64,000 bases of DNA from Octopus vulgaris (Eukaryota): the NCBI GenBank assembly GCA_951406725.2, contig OX597818.1, forward strand, positions 81,716,001 through 81,780,000. Direction: 5' to 3'. This document shows, piece by piece, positions 25,950-38,890 of this stretch (its first letter is position 1; each line of letters opens with the position of its first letter). The notes under the pieces were generated by a model. It saw only the letters and a list, made by a program, of their open reading frames with translations. It searched no databases and was not told where the DNA came from. Both the position numbers and the translations under genes were made by a program.

Positions 25950-26536
25950 AAATTAAAAATGAGGTTTATTAGTTCTTGCGATAGAACGATCAAGAACTAA
26001 ATTCGTGAGAGAACGTTTTGTGGACCTGATTTCTGAAAATGGAAAATTACATAAGAGAAGGGATTTAGCAAGATCGTGTGGTGTAATATAGTGAGTTACT
26101 CTCGGTAATATAATAAATAGGGCTTTTGATTTCACGTGTAGGGAGTTCCGCCACAAACTATGATCAGGTTATTGGGTATGCTCTGTGTTGATGTGGTGTA
26201 TCTGGACAACGAAGGAGGTAGATTGCTTCGTGGCACTATTGAAGAAAGCAAAAGTGCAAGATAACGTCGCTTAAGATCAATCGCAACACCGATGTAAACC
26301 CTGGCGGAATAGGTTTCTGATGGTGGTAACAGTACATTTTTACAGAACATCATAGAGCAGGCAATTTCACTTTAAGAGCAGTTGCCGTGTATTCTGAAAT
26401 TGCACATTTTTTGATAGCGAGTGAAAGGTGGTCGACTATTATTTGCGAGATTATTTGTACTGTTATCACGATTGTCAGTGCTTATAATGGAACGAATTGT
26501 ATTACCGCGCATAATTTTAAATAATTCGTTCTATTA
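25950..26536 (-). pseudogene. Penelope-like GIY-YIG endonuclease remnant (second PLE lineage)
   Basis: Minus: CNFRIHGNCS..NCLLYDV...CTVTT...RVYIGVAIDLKRRYLA...KSPIY, resembling CNCR..CPL.G.CL...VY...YIG....FK.RY..H; truncated by the Chapaev3 insertion. Confidence 0.6.
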
Positions 26537-28105
26537 CACTGGTCTGCATGATTTTTTATTGGCTGTATGGTGTCTTTTTCTGAACGTATATGAAAAATAA
26601 TGAGTCACTGTGTTTTTGATTCATCTCTATCACATCAGGTTGTCAAGTTATACGGAGACGTTACTTTACTCTTTTTGTGTAACAAGTAAATGATAAATTA
26701 AAATGCTTACCTTATATTGACTTAAATGTTAAATCTAATATTTTTTCTTTATTTTCAGTCTGTGAATATGTCTAGAGACTGCGTCAATCCACCAGGTATA
26801 TTCTGCAATGTCTGCGGGCAGTTAACTCCTTCAGATTGCCGGAGCAATTATTACTCTTTTGTTGAAGCGCTGCTATTCAGCTTATTTTGGCCGCAAACTG
26901 GGAGACCAGGACAAACCATTTGCACATCACAAAGCTTGCAAGAATTGCATCAGTAAGCGTCAAATATGGCCAGGTGGAAAATTTAAATGTATGCCCTTTG
27001 GAGTCCAATGGTATTGTGGGAGCAGATGAACCACTATGATGACAGCTACTTTTGTATGACTAACGTAGGTGGATTCAACAAAAAGACTAAAGATCTCATA
27101 ATATACCCAGATATTCCTTCAGGTATATAAGACCTGTTCCACACTCAGTTGATATTCCTATACCTGTGCCACCTGAGGCACGGGAAATTTCATCAGAGTT
27201 TGATACAAGTGATACTAATGAGATGGAAGTATAGTATGAGCCACCAGCAAATGACGATCCCAAATTCTTCAACAAGAATGGAGCTGCTTTCAAGTACTTG
27301 GAGTCAAAATTTCTTCGTATAAATGAAGGCAAGTAAAAAGCAGAAATCTTTGTTGCCAACCCCCATTCGGGAATTGATGTGGGACAAGCATTTTTAGGAA
27401 GCATTAGAAGGTGTCGAAGTGAATGCCTGGTTTTCCTTCAAGAAGATTGTCTAAAACTTCTTGGGAAACAACCGCTCCCCATATTATGAAAAAATGATCC
27501 AAGACCTAATATCAAGTTTCCAACAACTCGTGTCTAGAATGAGTGTGAAGATACATTTTTTGCACTAGCATCTTGACTATTTTCCTAAGAATTACGGGGA
27601 CTATAGTGAGGAACAAGGAGAGCGGTTCCATCAAGACATTTGCACCGTGGAAACTCGATACTAGGGCTAATGGAATGTCAGCATGATGGCGGATTACTGC
27701 TGGTCATCGAAACGTGATGGTTTCGATGCACAACACAAGCAGAAATCAAAGCGGTCCTCCTTCCTTTGAATCAATATGTAGGTTAATTATTAGGTGCATA
27801 TTCTTCACATTCATTTGGTTTGATGCTGATAATTATGATTCATTTCATGATGAACGTGTTACATTTCATGTTGGTTTGGAAAAAATATGTTCTTAAAATT
27901 AACAGATTGTACTTTTCCATGATTACTTGTTTTTAATGAAGTAACAATTTATTAAAAATTCACATTTATTATTATTATTAATTTGTTTTTTATTCAACAT
28001 CCTTATGTGCCAGAGCAAAATGGTTTAGAAATTTAAAATCAGCACCCCAAGAATATGTAACATCACATCCAAGAATATAAAAAAATACTCAAATGCAGAC
28101 CAATG
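26537..28105 (+). mobile_element. Chapaev3 (CMC superfamily) DNA transposon, internally deleted, pseudogenised
   Basis: TIRs CACTGGTCTGCAT / ATGCAGACCAATG flanked by TTA on both sides (26534-36, 28106-08); transposase motifs MSRDCVNPPGIFCNVCGQ, YFGRKLGDQDKPFAHH.AC, NHYDDSYFC, YPDIPS..RPVPHS, KIHFLH.HLDYFP..GDYSEEQGERFHQDI...MMADYCW. Confidence 0.9.
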
Positions 28106-28582
28106 TTATAGATAGCTGAAATTTGGTGGTAGTATGCTACCCGATTAACTTGACCGGAAAGAATGAAAGGTATCTAAACTCAAAACGCCAAGAGCCGAAA
28201 TAAATGCTGTTACATATTTTACCCAGTGCGCTAACAATTCTGCAAGCTCACCGTCTAAATAACTGTTTCAAATTTTGGTACAAGGCCAACAATTTTAGGG
28301 GAGGTACAGTGTATAATGTCGATCCCCAGTGTTCAAAGGCTACTTTATGTGATCGACTCTCAAAGGATGATAGACAAAGTCGACCTTGGTGGCAATGAAA
28401 CTCAGCATAAAGAGCCAGAAGAAATACGGCTTAGCACGGTAGCAATTCTGTCAGCTCACCGTCTTATCGCCGCAGAAATACTAAAACCGTAAGCAGAGAG
28501 GATGGTGAGCAAGACTGATAACAACATGAAACCGTAGGTAAGGGCTGACATAAAGAGGGAAGGAGAGAAATATCAACGAAAT

Positions 28583-28945
28583 GGGCGCAACCGTGGCTCT
28601 GTTGTAAGAAATTTGCTTCCCAGCTACATAGTTCCCAGTTCAATCCCACTGTGTTGCTACTTAGGCAACTGTCTTCTGCTACAGCCTCGGGCCAAAACCT
28701 TGTAGGCGGAGTTGGTAAATACATAGATATATATATGTATATCATAGTGTGTATGTGTGTTCTGCCTGCTTGACAAACGGTGTTAGTTACGTTTACAACT
28801 TCGTAACGTAACAGTTCGCTAAACGAGACCGAGAGAATACGTACAAGGTTTAAACAATAATTACTGGAGTTGAGCCAAAGATCTTGAAGGTGGTGCCCCA
28901 TTATAGCTGCAATTTGATGACTGAAACAGGTAACAGAAAAGAAGT
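28583..28945 (+). mobile_element. SINE family B, degenerate
   Basis: gttcaatcccactgtg...tgtcttctgctacagcctcgggcc...gcttgacaaacggtg...tgatgactgaaacag. Confidence 0.65.
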
Positions 28946-29039
28946 AAAAGCACTGAAGAGAGGCAAATAATTCTGTAGTAAAATGAAAAACTGGAATGAA
29001 GATATCTCTAATATGAATTAGAAGGTGAAGAAAATATTG

Positions 29040-29252
29040 AGTTCAAATTTTGGCACAAGGCTAGCCGTTTCATGGGGGTGGGCAAGTGCATTACATAAAT
29101 TCCAGTGCTTTAGCCAGTACTTATTTTATTAACCCCGAAGGGAGGAAAGACAAAGTAGATCTCAGCGGAGTTTGAACTCAGAACATGAAGGATGGCAAAA
29201 TGCCGCTAAGCATTCCGTCCGGCGTGCTGACGACTCTGCCAGCTCGCCGCCT
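29040..29252 (-). mobile_element. SINE family A with TSD
   Basis: Full copy; gaagaaaatatt at 29027-29038 and 29260-29271. Confidence 0.8.
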
Positions 29253-29430
29253 TAAATAGGAAGAAAATATTAAATGACGCAAATACGTGAAAGAGATTAA
29301 CTAATAAATAGAATAACTAAATTATAAAAAAAACCCCAAAAATCTATTGCAAGAAAAAATGGTAAAATTCCAATACAGAATAGAAGAATGGAAGCAATTC
29401 ATTTTATATAATAGATGATGTGTGTATAAA

Positions 29431-29629
<199 letters not shown>

Positions 29630-29843
29630 TATGAGAGGTATTGGTGTCAAGAATACCCAAAGCTGTCAGGTAATGCTGAATAAGTGCTATGGACAGACTA
29701 TAATTAAGCTCCAAGTTCGATAATGATACGAACAAGGAGTGCAACATAGGTCATATATTAGCATGCATATATATAAAAATTAACAGAATGAGATAAAAAA
29801 ATCCATGGCTGTGAATACTTTTCAGAACATTTATAAAGAGACA

Positions 29844-29891
29844 GTCTTACAGCTGTTTCTTAGATATTTTATATATCCCTTCGTCACAGAC
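29844..29891 (-). ncRNA. Minimal type I hammerhead motif (one core mismatch) in a PLE-type 3' end
   Basis: GTCT-gTGACGA-agggatata..atatctaa-GAAAC-AGCT-GTA-AGAC: stem I GTCT/AGAC, stem II gatat/atatc, palindromic stem III. Confidence 0.6.
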
Positions 29892-30267
29892 GGTGTGAGA
29901 AAATGTTTAAGTAATAGTTATTATAGAGAAGATATGAAATACAGAGTGAAGTGGAGAAATGAAAACAGACGTGAGATACGTTAGCATATTGTATTTGCAG
30001 TTCCATTATTTAAGCAGAATGGAGTATATATAAGTTTCCTGTATTCATAATGGAAAATATAAATATACAGGGATGATGAAATCATAAATATCGATAAAAA
30101 CTATTATATTATATGAACAACAACGAAACGAAGCTAACTAAACAGAAAACACTAGCTGGTACTAACACTGACACACGACAAATATACGCTTGTGTGTGTA
30201 TGTGTGTGTATGTGTGTGTATCTGTGCATATGTGTGCCTGTGTGTGTTTGTACATAGATATAGATAT

Positions 30268-30328
<61 letters not shown>

Positions 30329-30748
30329 TGTATATATATATATATGCAGATATAGGTCCACATATATCTATATATATAAGTACATGCGTACGCGGTAGAG
30401 AAATGACCAGTATAGATATTAAAATACAAACAATAGAAAACAGATAGGAATCAGCAAAGATAATCAGAGAATTAGTAAATATTCCTTTCTTTCTTTTATA
30501 CCTTGACTGATTCAAGTCATTGGATCGTAGGCATCCCGGTGCACCGCCTTAATTTGAAAATAATTGATTTCATCTGACGCCGTGGAGCATGCAACATTTT
30601 TTTGTTTTCTCTTTAGCAAACTGTTGCATCATGGAAGATAAAGTCTTAAGAGGAGACTTCGTATAAATCATGGTAAATATACATATGTACACATACACAC
30701 GCACACATGCATGCACACGCAAACACACACACGCACACACACACACAC

Positions 30749-30793
<45 letters not shown>

Positions 30794-30961
30794 AGAAGAA
30801 ATTCCCAATGGAGAGTATCGCTGTTAAGATGGGTCTAAACTGAAGCCTGTGTGAGTTTCTGAATGTTACGCCTAACGAAAAATTGACCTAAAACTCTTTT
30901 ACTTGCGTGGTCTGCCTTATGATACGCCATATCTCACACGACTTTCCATACTTAGTCTAAA

Positions 30962-31243
30962 CAAGTTGTTCTCAGCCCGAGTCCGCATGGCCCCCGAGGC
31001 TCCATATATGATTTTGTTGGTCTGCACAACAAAATAATAAATTGGGGATCCACAATAATATTTTAAGGACTCCTGAAAAAATTTTGTTATAAACATGTAT
31101 TGGTGTGTATTGTAAGAAACGGCTTGGTTTCTTTCTCTAATATATAAATCTAGTTTTTAAGTATCGAATGTCGATGGGGATCCACCAGAATAAAATAGTA
31201 ATGAAAGGTGTCCATAAATAAAAAGAAATGGTTAAAATCCCTT
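30962..31243. mobile_element. hAT-like MITE
   Basis: Termini caagttgttctcagcc / ggttaaaatccct resemble CAGGGGTTCTCAACC-type hAT TIRs; internal repeated ggggatccac subterminal motifs. Confidence 0.45.
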
Positions 31244-31417
31244 TAGACTCTAAAGGGATTTAGACTCGTGAAACTACCTCTCGATTGTGGCCTGTCATAT
31301 TAGATATAGTCACCAAATGTCCATTATATCATCTTATATCGTCTTAAAAGAAAGGGTTGAGAACATTCGTATAATGTAGTCTTATACACCCATATATGTG
31401 TATGTGAGTGTTTGTGG

Positions 31418-31715
31418 AGGCACATGGCATAGTGGTTAGAGCAGCAGACACGCAATCGAGGGATCGCGGGTTCGAATCTCAGACCGGGCGATGTGTGTTT
31501 ATGAGCGAAACACCTAAGCTCCACGCGGCTCCGGCAGAAGGTAATGGCGAACTTCTGCTGACTCTTTCGCCACGACTTTCTTTCACTCTTTCCTCCTGCA
31601 ACTTGCAGGTCACCTGCAATGGACCGGTATCCCGTTCAGGTGGGGAATCTATACGTCAATGAAACCGGAAAACCGGCCCTTATGAGCCAGGCATGGCTTG
31701 AGAAAGAACAACCAA
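31418..31715 (+). mobile_element. SINE family C, tail type 2
   Basis: tggcatagtggttagagcagcagac...gggttcgaatctcagacc (A and B boxes); tail cctgcaatggaccggtatcccgttcagg...gaaaccgg resembles V-SINE-type 3' parts. Confidence 0.8.
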
Positions 31716-31731
31716 AACAAAATGTGAGTGA

Positions 31732-31767
<36 letters not shown>

Positions 31768-32120
31768 ATGTGTGTGCGCGCGCGTGAGTATGTATGCGTG
31801 TGCGCGTGTGTCCGAAGTATAGTCGATGAAAAATGAAGAATCACTTTCTTTGGATAACGCAAAATCGATCATTTGGCTCACATTCCTTTTTGAGGGAAAA
31901 ATTGAAAGGGGTCAAATCATGAGAAACAACAGAGTTTTAAATATTCTAAATTTAAAAAAAACATAAGAAGAAAAAACATTGGTAGCGACTCATATGGAAT
32001 GCAGAACTACGTGAGCTTCATACGTGAACAAGAAACCACGTGATAGAAGGAAGGAAATGAGAAGCGAGTACAATGGAGACAGAGGTGAAGGAAAAAGGTA
32101 CTCTAAGGGACAGGATTTAC

Positions 32121-32390
32121 CTCTGAAAGGAAATCAAAATTAAACTAGTGATTGGCACCAGTCCGTAGACAACATGTATAGGGTCGATCCACCAGGAAAA
32201 AATAGCAGTCAAACATTAGCGTAGCTGGAGTGTGTGCCGCCCCGAGCTGCCCTTCAGTTTGCCACCCCGGGCCCCTACGAAAGTGGATATTGCCTAATGT
32301 AGACCCAAAAGTGGAGCCACCTGGAGCGAACAACCCCTCCGCACCCTCCAGTTGCGCTAGTACAGCCAAATCTACTTCAAACCTTACTAA
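32121..32390 (-). other. Unique GC-richer island, candidate non-coding exon or regulatory element
   Basis: ~55% GC by eye amid AT-rich repeats; minus strand begins after a CT-rich tract at ggTTAGT (Inr-like), contains CTCCAGGTGGC, ends tttcagAG|GTAAAT. Confidence 0.3.
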
Positions 32391-32784
32391 CCAGAGACAG
32401 AGAGAGAGAAGGGGGGAGGGGAGAGAGATAGAAAGAAAGAGATGACAGTAAGAGAACGAAAGAGGAGGAAAACATGTTAGTGGGTCGGTAAGAAGAGATG
32501 GAAAGGAATAGATAGTCTGTGAAGATATGATATTAACAAGAGGGTGGGGTTTGGATATAAACATATATATGTGTGTGTTTGTGTGTGTGTACATGTGTCT
32601 GTGATTCTGTGCGTGTGTGCGTGTGTCTGAGCGTGTGTATGTACACGTTCTCTTGTGTATAAGCGGCGGTTAGGTAGAATCGTTAGGATTTTCCACAAAG
32701 GGAAACGAGGTATTAGCTAAGGCTCTTTATGGTTTCAGTTGAAATTCTACCGAGGTCAACTTAGCCTTTCATCAATCCATTCAT

Positions 32785-32851
<67 letters not shown>

Positions 32852-33215
32852 GTGTGTGTGTGTTTGTCTGTATGTATGCATGGTGTCTGAATGTTGTGTT
32901 AATGTATGTATATATGTGTAAATATGTGAGTGGATATACATATATATATATATGTGTGTATATATACATATACATATATATATATATGAAGTTAATCCAA
33001 ACAAGAAAACAAAAAAACACAGCAACGCGAGGACGTGGAACAAATAAAGTATTATTGGACGCTCAGGAAAGAAGGGAAGGAATATATATATGTATGTATG
33101 TATGTATGTGTATATAATATCAAAGGGTAATCTGAAATAGAAATTTCCATTACCAGTGGCCTAGCGTGTAAAATTTAGTCAATAGACTATATACTATAAT
33201 ATATAGTCTATTGTA

Positions 33216-33246
<31 letters not shown>

Positions 33247-33366
33247 GTATGCATATATATATATCATATATATGTATATATATATATATATATACATACA
33301 TGTATATATATACACACACACACACACATATATATATGTGTGTGCATGTATACATATATATCTATA

Positions 33367-33452
<86 letters not shown>

Positions 33453-34764
33453 ATATATATATGCAATGGTATATACATACGCCCGCACTGACATATATGC
33501 AACAAAAACCTTGATAAACTAGAAACCCTTTAACAGGTGTATAAAAAGGATCCATTAAGGGAACTTAGAAAGCCCGGTCATCTCATTTCCCCACGACAGA
33601 GCTTAGTAATGTAAATATATGCTTGATGAAATTTCAAACCAACACCAGCACAAATTCACAGGCAACCTCTGTTTGTCTGTGTCAATATATGCTCATACAT
33701 GCATGCACATCTACAAGCATACATGTATATATATGTATATATAAGAATCATGTGTGTGAGTGTGTGTGTGTTGATATGTATACTATATAAACAAAAATGT
33801 ATACGCACATATATACACACGCATACATATATGTACACATTTTTGTGTCCATGGGCACCCCACTGCGTGTACGTGTGCATACATGTCTATCCCCCACCTT
33901 CTCTCTTCTTTGCTTCTTTGTTTCTGTCTGTCTGTCTGTCTGTCTCTCTGTATATATGTGTGTTTATATATATATATTCATATATAAATATATGAATACA
34001 TATATATATGTATATATATATAATATATATAATATATATTATACATATATATATATAATATATATAGATAAATATAATATGTATATATATATATATATAT
34101 ATACGTATATTACATATAAATAGATGGATGTAAATAGATAAATATATATATTTATATATAAATTTATACACACTCACACACACACACCCACACAGACACA
34201 CGTCCACGGAAATACACACACATGCGCATACACCCTTGAACTTATGAATGTCTGTACTCTTGTATCTGAAACATGCGACTGACAGACTATTAACAACACA
34301 CAATTCTCAGCTCACGCATCACCATTTGTACAGAATTACACAAACATTGATATAAACAAACTAAACCCTATAGATTTGTCTTTCCCATAAAGAAATGTCT
34401 GTATTTGATAGCAAGTAATATTTGTAGCTAATTCCTGAAGCATTGCCGAAAGCAAACAGAATCGTTAATGAAAACTCCATTAAACTACTTGAGATGCAAT
34501 ATAACGGTCTATGGATTGACACACAAACATAAACGCCAGCTATGAACCTGATCCCCAATGTCTCGTCTCTCATACAGGTGATGGCTTCAGCAAATGGGAA
34601 AGAAGTCGATGTCGTTGTTGTTATGAAATTTTGTTGCGAAATTCCATCGTTGTTATTGTAGATGCTGTTAGCGAGGATGAATATTCAAACTGTTATTTCA
34701 TTAATAAGGGCCAAAAAATGTGTATGAGCTCATTGCATATTTGTGTGTGTATATGTATGCATAT

Positions 34765-34978
34765 TATTCAGGGAGTGTGGAAAAGTTCCTAGACTTAAGT
34801 GTAGCGAGAAAGGCCTGGTTTAAGGCCCAACATTCCGAGTTCTTTTACAGGGCTTAGAAAAAGTGAAGGATGTTTGCGTGGGAGTTTGAAGGGGAATATG
34901 TTCAATAAAGTCGCAATTAGCTGATCCTCCTGTATTTCCTTTTACTCAAAACCAGTAACTTTTCAGTATACCCTCGTA
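34765..34978. mobile_element. mariner-derived MITE
   Basis: Imperfect TIRs agggagtgtggaaaagttcct / agtaacttttcagtataccctcg-TA; internal gaaggggaatatgtt (EGEYV) transposase tail remnant. Confidence 0.65.
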
Positions 34979-35192
34979 TATACCGTACCTCTGACTGTCA
35001 TTTGACTGAGGCCATGCTGGAGCACCACGGTACTTATACATTTAAAGTACACTATTTTTTCTACCGGTTTCTTAAGTAGAATCTCGAAGTTACAGAGACC
35101 TGATCGCACGCACCAACACCAGCTGTCAAGTGATGGTGGTACATATAAAAATACCTCCCCACCCATAGAACCACCCATACACCTACACCCCC

Positions 35193-35318
35193 AGGAGTGG
35201 CGATGTAGTAAGTAGCTTGCTCACCAACCACATGGTTCCGGGTTCAGTCCCACTGCACGACACCTTCGGCAAGTGTCTTCTACTATAGCTTCGGCCAAAT
35301 CCTCCTGAGAAGCCTGTC

Positions 35319-35392
<74 letters not shown>

Positions 35393-35445
35393 GTGTGTGT
35401 CTGTGTGAGTGTCTATGTGTGTGTGAGTGTGTGTATGTGTGAGTG

Positions 35446-35490
<45 letters not shown>

Positions 35491-35582
35491 CTGTGTTTGT
35501 ACGCCCACCATCGCTTCACAATCGATGCTGATGTGTTTACGTTCCTGTAACCTAGTGGTTCGGCAAAAGAATGATAGAATAA
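35193..35582 (+). mobile_element. SINE family B with internal (TA)n(TG)n, 3' truncated
   Basis: aagtagcttgctcaccaaccacatggttccgggttcagtcccactgc...[microsatellite]...catcgcttcacaatcgatgctgatgtgtttacg. Confidence 0.8.
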
Positions 35583-35608
35583 TATATATAAATATATATT
35601 TATATATA

Positions 35609-35949
35609 TATAATATAATTCGAGACAAAACCACTATTTTAAAACCAAACAAGAAAAGACTTAATCAATACATAAAATTTTAATATAAATTAAATAAACT
35701 TCAAAATTTGATACTGATTAGAAGATCGAAAATCCACCTGAAGATTGTCGGTAGCAGACATGAAACAATTGTTGTGGCGGTTTATTTAATTTATATTAAA
35801 ATTTTATGTATTGATTAAGTCTTTTCTTGTTTGGTTTTAAAATAGTGGTTTTGTCTCGAATTATATTATATAATATTTTACTATAAAATTGGATTTAACC
35901 CTAAATCTGATCTTTCCCTGTAATTTTGGATTCATTCCCTAATATTTAT

Positions 35950-35955
<6 letters not shown>
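35609..35955 (+). mobile_element. Short PLE-type fold-back element, family P2
   Basis: ~90 bp near-perfect inverted arms 35609-35699 / 35780-35870, hammerhead in the loop, 3' tail shared with 43555-43640, (TA)n flanks. Confidence 0.8.
35734..35777 (+). ncRNA. Minimal type I hammerhead ribozyme motif
   Basis: CCAC-CTGAAGA-t-TGTC-ggtagca-GACA-t-GAAAC-AATT-GTT-GTGG: all core nucleotides, stem I CCAC/GTGG, stem II TGTC/GACA, palindromic stem III, NUH triplet GUU. Confidence 0.7.
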
Positions 35956-35987
<32 letters not shown>

Positions 35988-36164
35988 ATATATATATACT
36001 GTTGTGTCTGGGGAGAGCCATTCTGTTTTGGTTCCTTATGATTTAACACTCTGACCGGTAAAATTTTCACTTATCTCTTTTTTTTATTCTTCTAAAATTT
36101 TCGTTGCGTCTTGCAACCATTTCAATAGTTTAACGGTCATCTTCATAGCATTTTTGTTTGTCTT

Positions 36165-36223
36165 AATAACTGACGAGATGCCGGAGCAGATTTCCGCCCC
36201 GACATCCGAAACTTTTTTTTATT
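36165..36223 (+). ncRNA. Hammerhead motif with decayed stem III
   Basis: AATAA-CTGACGA-gatgccggagc..gccccgacatc-c-GAAAC-t-run-TTATT; long stem II intact, cleavage triplet lost. Confidence 0.45.
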
Positions 36224-37272
36224 ATGGCAACCGAATAATTGTCACATGTATATTACAGATAAATTCCCCAACATAATATCGAGGTCTCATTCATTCTTTT
36301 GTTGTCATACTACTACTATTAATACCATTACTATTACTTTAGGTTGTGTTTACCAAATGAAGTCGGAGGGCTTTGGTCGACTAAGGGCTATAGTAGAAGT
36401 TATTTACTTGCGTGGTGGAAAGATATTCAATGTCAGATGTTTAGGAAGCAGTCTTCTTGGCCACACAGTCATTTCTGAACCTACCTACACGATAAGAATT
36501 TAGAAACTTCGAAAGACGTGAAATAATTCGTTCATATCGGAAACGTTTCCATATTTTCCATCCAAACTCTTCTTACAATATTTACTCGCTGTTATTTATA
36601 GCTTTATATACTTCGAGTTCCACTATTTGAAACTACTTACATATTTGCATGTATATATGCAAGTTTATTTAAATATAGATATATATGCATGAATATGTAG
36701 ATGTTTAGGTATCTCTATTTAATAATAACCAATATAAACGTTGGTTGTTTGGCTGGTTGGTTGGTTATTTAGTTGAATCTCCAGTCACGCTTTACAACAT
36801 ATAGAGAGATGATGATGGAAATCAAATGACAGATAGAGAGTGAATTAACACAAAAGCTGCAGGATGTGTGGCATAAATTAAAAAAAAAAGAACAGAAACA
36901 AAAACAAACAAAAAACTTTGTCTTCTAAACTTTTACAGACTTAGGTTTCAGATGGATTGCGATTATGCTGATAAAATTTACAAATATAACATCATGTATT
37001 TATTGCAAACATACAAATGAGAAATTTCTTTTATTCAATTTTATTTTAAGGTAATAAATATTTTCCCTTTGAAAATTAGTATTCATTTCATCATTTTGTG
37101 TAAGCAGCAACAAATTTGATGAAAGCGAAGTCATAATTATTGTATATATGCCATATTTCTCTGTACACACATATATATATATATATTTATGTATACATGT
37201 ACACAAAGATACATACTTATGTATATACATATGTGTTTGTATATATGTTTGAATATACATATACATATATTT

Positions 37273-37310
<38 letters not shown>

Positions 37311-37447
37311 TATATATATATATTTAGATATGTATATATGTATATGTATGCTGGGGCACCGCCATTGTGGTAGTACAGCAGGGATCACATATAGAGCTTT
37401 AGGTGTTTTCGCTCAATATGAGAATCGAAACCGCGATATAACCACTA

Positions 37448-37488
<41 letters not shown>

Positions 37489-38022
37489 TGTAGGTACGTG
37501 TGAATATATAACTTCTTATCAACCATTTAGTTCTGATCAGTGTTTTTTGTTTTGCTTTCATTCACTTGTAATATGCAAATGTAATCCTGTAAACTCGCCC
37601 AACACAATATGGTTTTAATTTATTGATAATTCAAGTATGTACAGCAAATGTAATTTATGCATAATTCTGATGAGTTCAGTTGGAGACCTCTGAGATCGAA
37701 TTTCAATGAGGCAATTGCAAATGGATGAAGTAAAAGGACATGCTCACATCATTCTCCTTATTTGTAATGACATACATACACACACACATATACATACATA
37801 CATGCATGCATACATACATATATACATACTTACATGAATGCATGAATACAAACACACACACACACACACACACACAAGGAAAAGGAAAAATCCAGAGAAA
37901 GGAAGACAGAGGAAAAAAAATCGCCAACGGTATACACACGGTCACATTTTATGTATGTATGAGAGTGAGAGGGAGAGAAAGAAAGAGCGATCTAGCGGGA
38001 GAGAAAGAGAGAGCGATAAAGC

Positions 38023-38245
38023 AGCGATCTGGCAGAAACGTTTGCACGCCGAGCGAAATGCTGAGCGGGATTTCGTCTGCAGCTACGTTCTGAGTTCAAA
38101 TTCTGCCGAGGCCGACTTTGCCTTTCATCCTTTCGGGGTCAATGAAATAAGTACGAGATACGCACTGGGGTCGATATAATCGACTTAATCGGTTTGTCTG
38201 TCCTTGTTTGTCCCCTCTGTGTATAGCACCTTGTGGGCAGTAAAG

Positions 38246-38250
<5 letters not shown>
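38023..38250 (+). mobile_element. SINE family A, full copy with tail A
   Basis: gcgatctggcagaaacgtttgcacgccgagcgaaatgctgagcgg...gagttcaaattc...gcctttcatcctttcggggtcaatg...tgtgggcagtaaagaaata then (GA)n. Confidence 0.9.
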
Positions 38251-38282
<32 letters not shown>

Positions 38283-38890
38283 TAGCAATGGACTCAGAGA
38301 ATTGTCCGTGTATCACAGTGAGCTCCTATTACGTACTTGGCTCTCAGTCCACGTAGAAGTCAATGCAATTGAAAACCAGAAAATTCGGGTGATAAAATTA
38401 TTCTTTGAGGAGTATACAAAAACGTTAAGTCGGCAGATAGGATAGGTGAATATATACTTATTTACCAATATGCTTTCAATAGAAATATGGCGCTTCGCAA
38501 TCTTCTATATGTAATATTGATTTCCGTAAGCAATTAATTACGTGAGCGTTTCCATTAATATATATTGTCAGAACTATACAATGTTATTGTATGTTCAATA
38601 TTCACGAATTAATGCAAATAAAGCAAGTCAACCTATCAGATCTCACGAAAATGATGGTTACATCAAAAGCTCGACTTCATTTGCGTTAATTTGTGAATAT
38701 AGAATTGTACAGTATAATGCTCGGTATGCATGTTAATACAAAGCTGAACCGATAATATCTGGCATAATGAAATTAAAACCAGATGGAGAAGGTTACGAAA
38801 CGGCCGTAACCCCAAGTAAGTTATGTAGTTAAATATATATTCATCTTTCATACCTCTCGAATTTATGCTCCTATGTTATATTTATGTCCC

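Noticed and set aside
31424-31490. tRNA gene
   Set aside because: A/B boxes are present but the acceptor stem is absent and the sequence continues into a SINE body
37666-37710. CTGATGA...GAA hammerhead candidate
   Set aside because: GAAT instead of GAAA, and no stem III or NUH triplet
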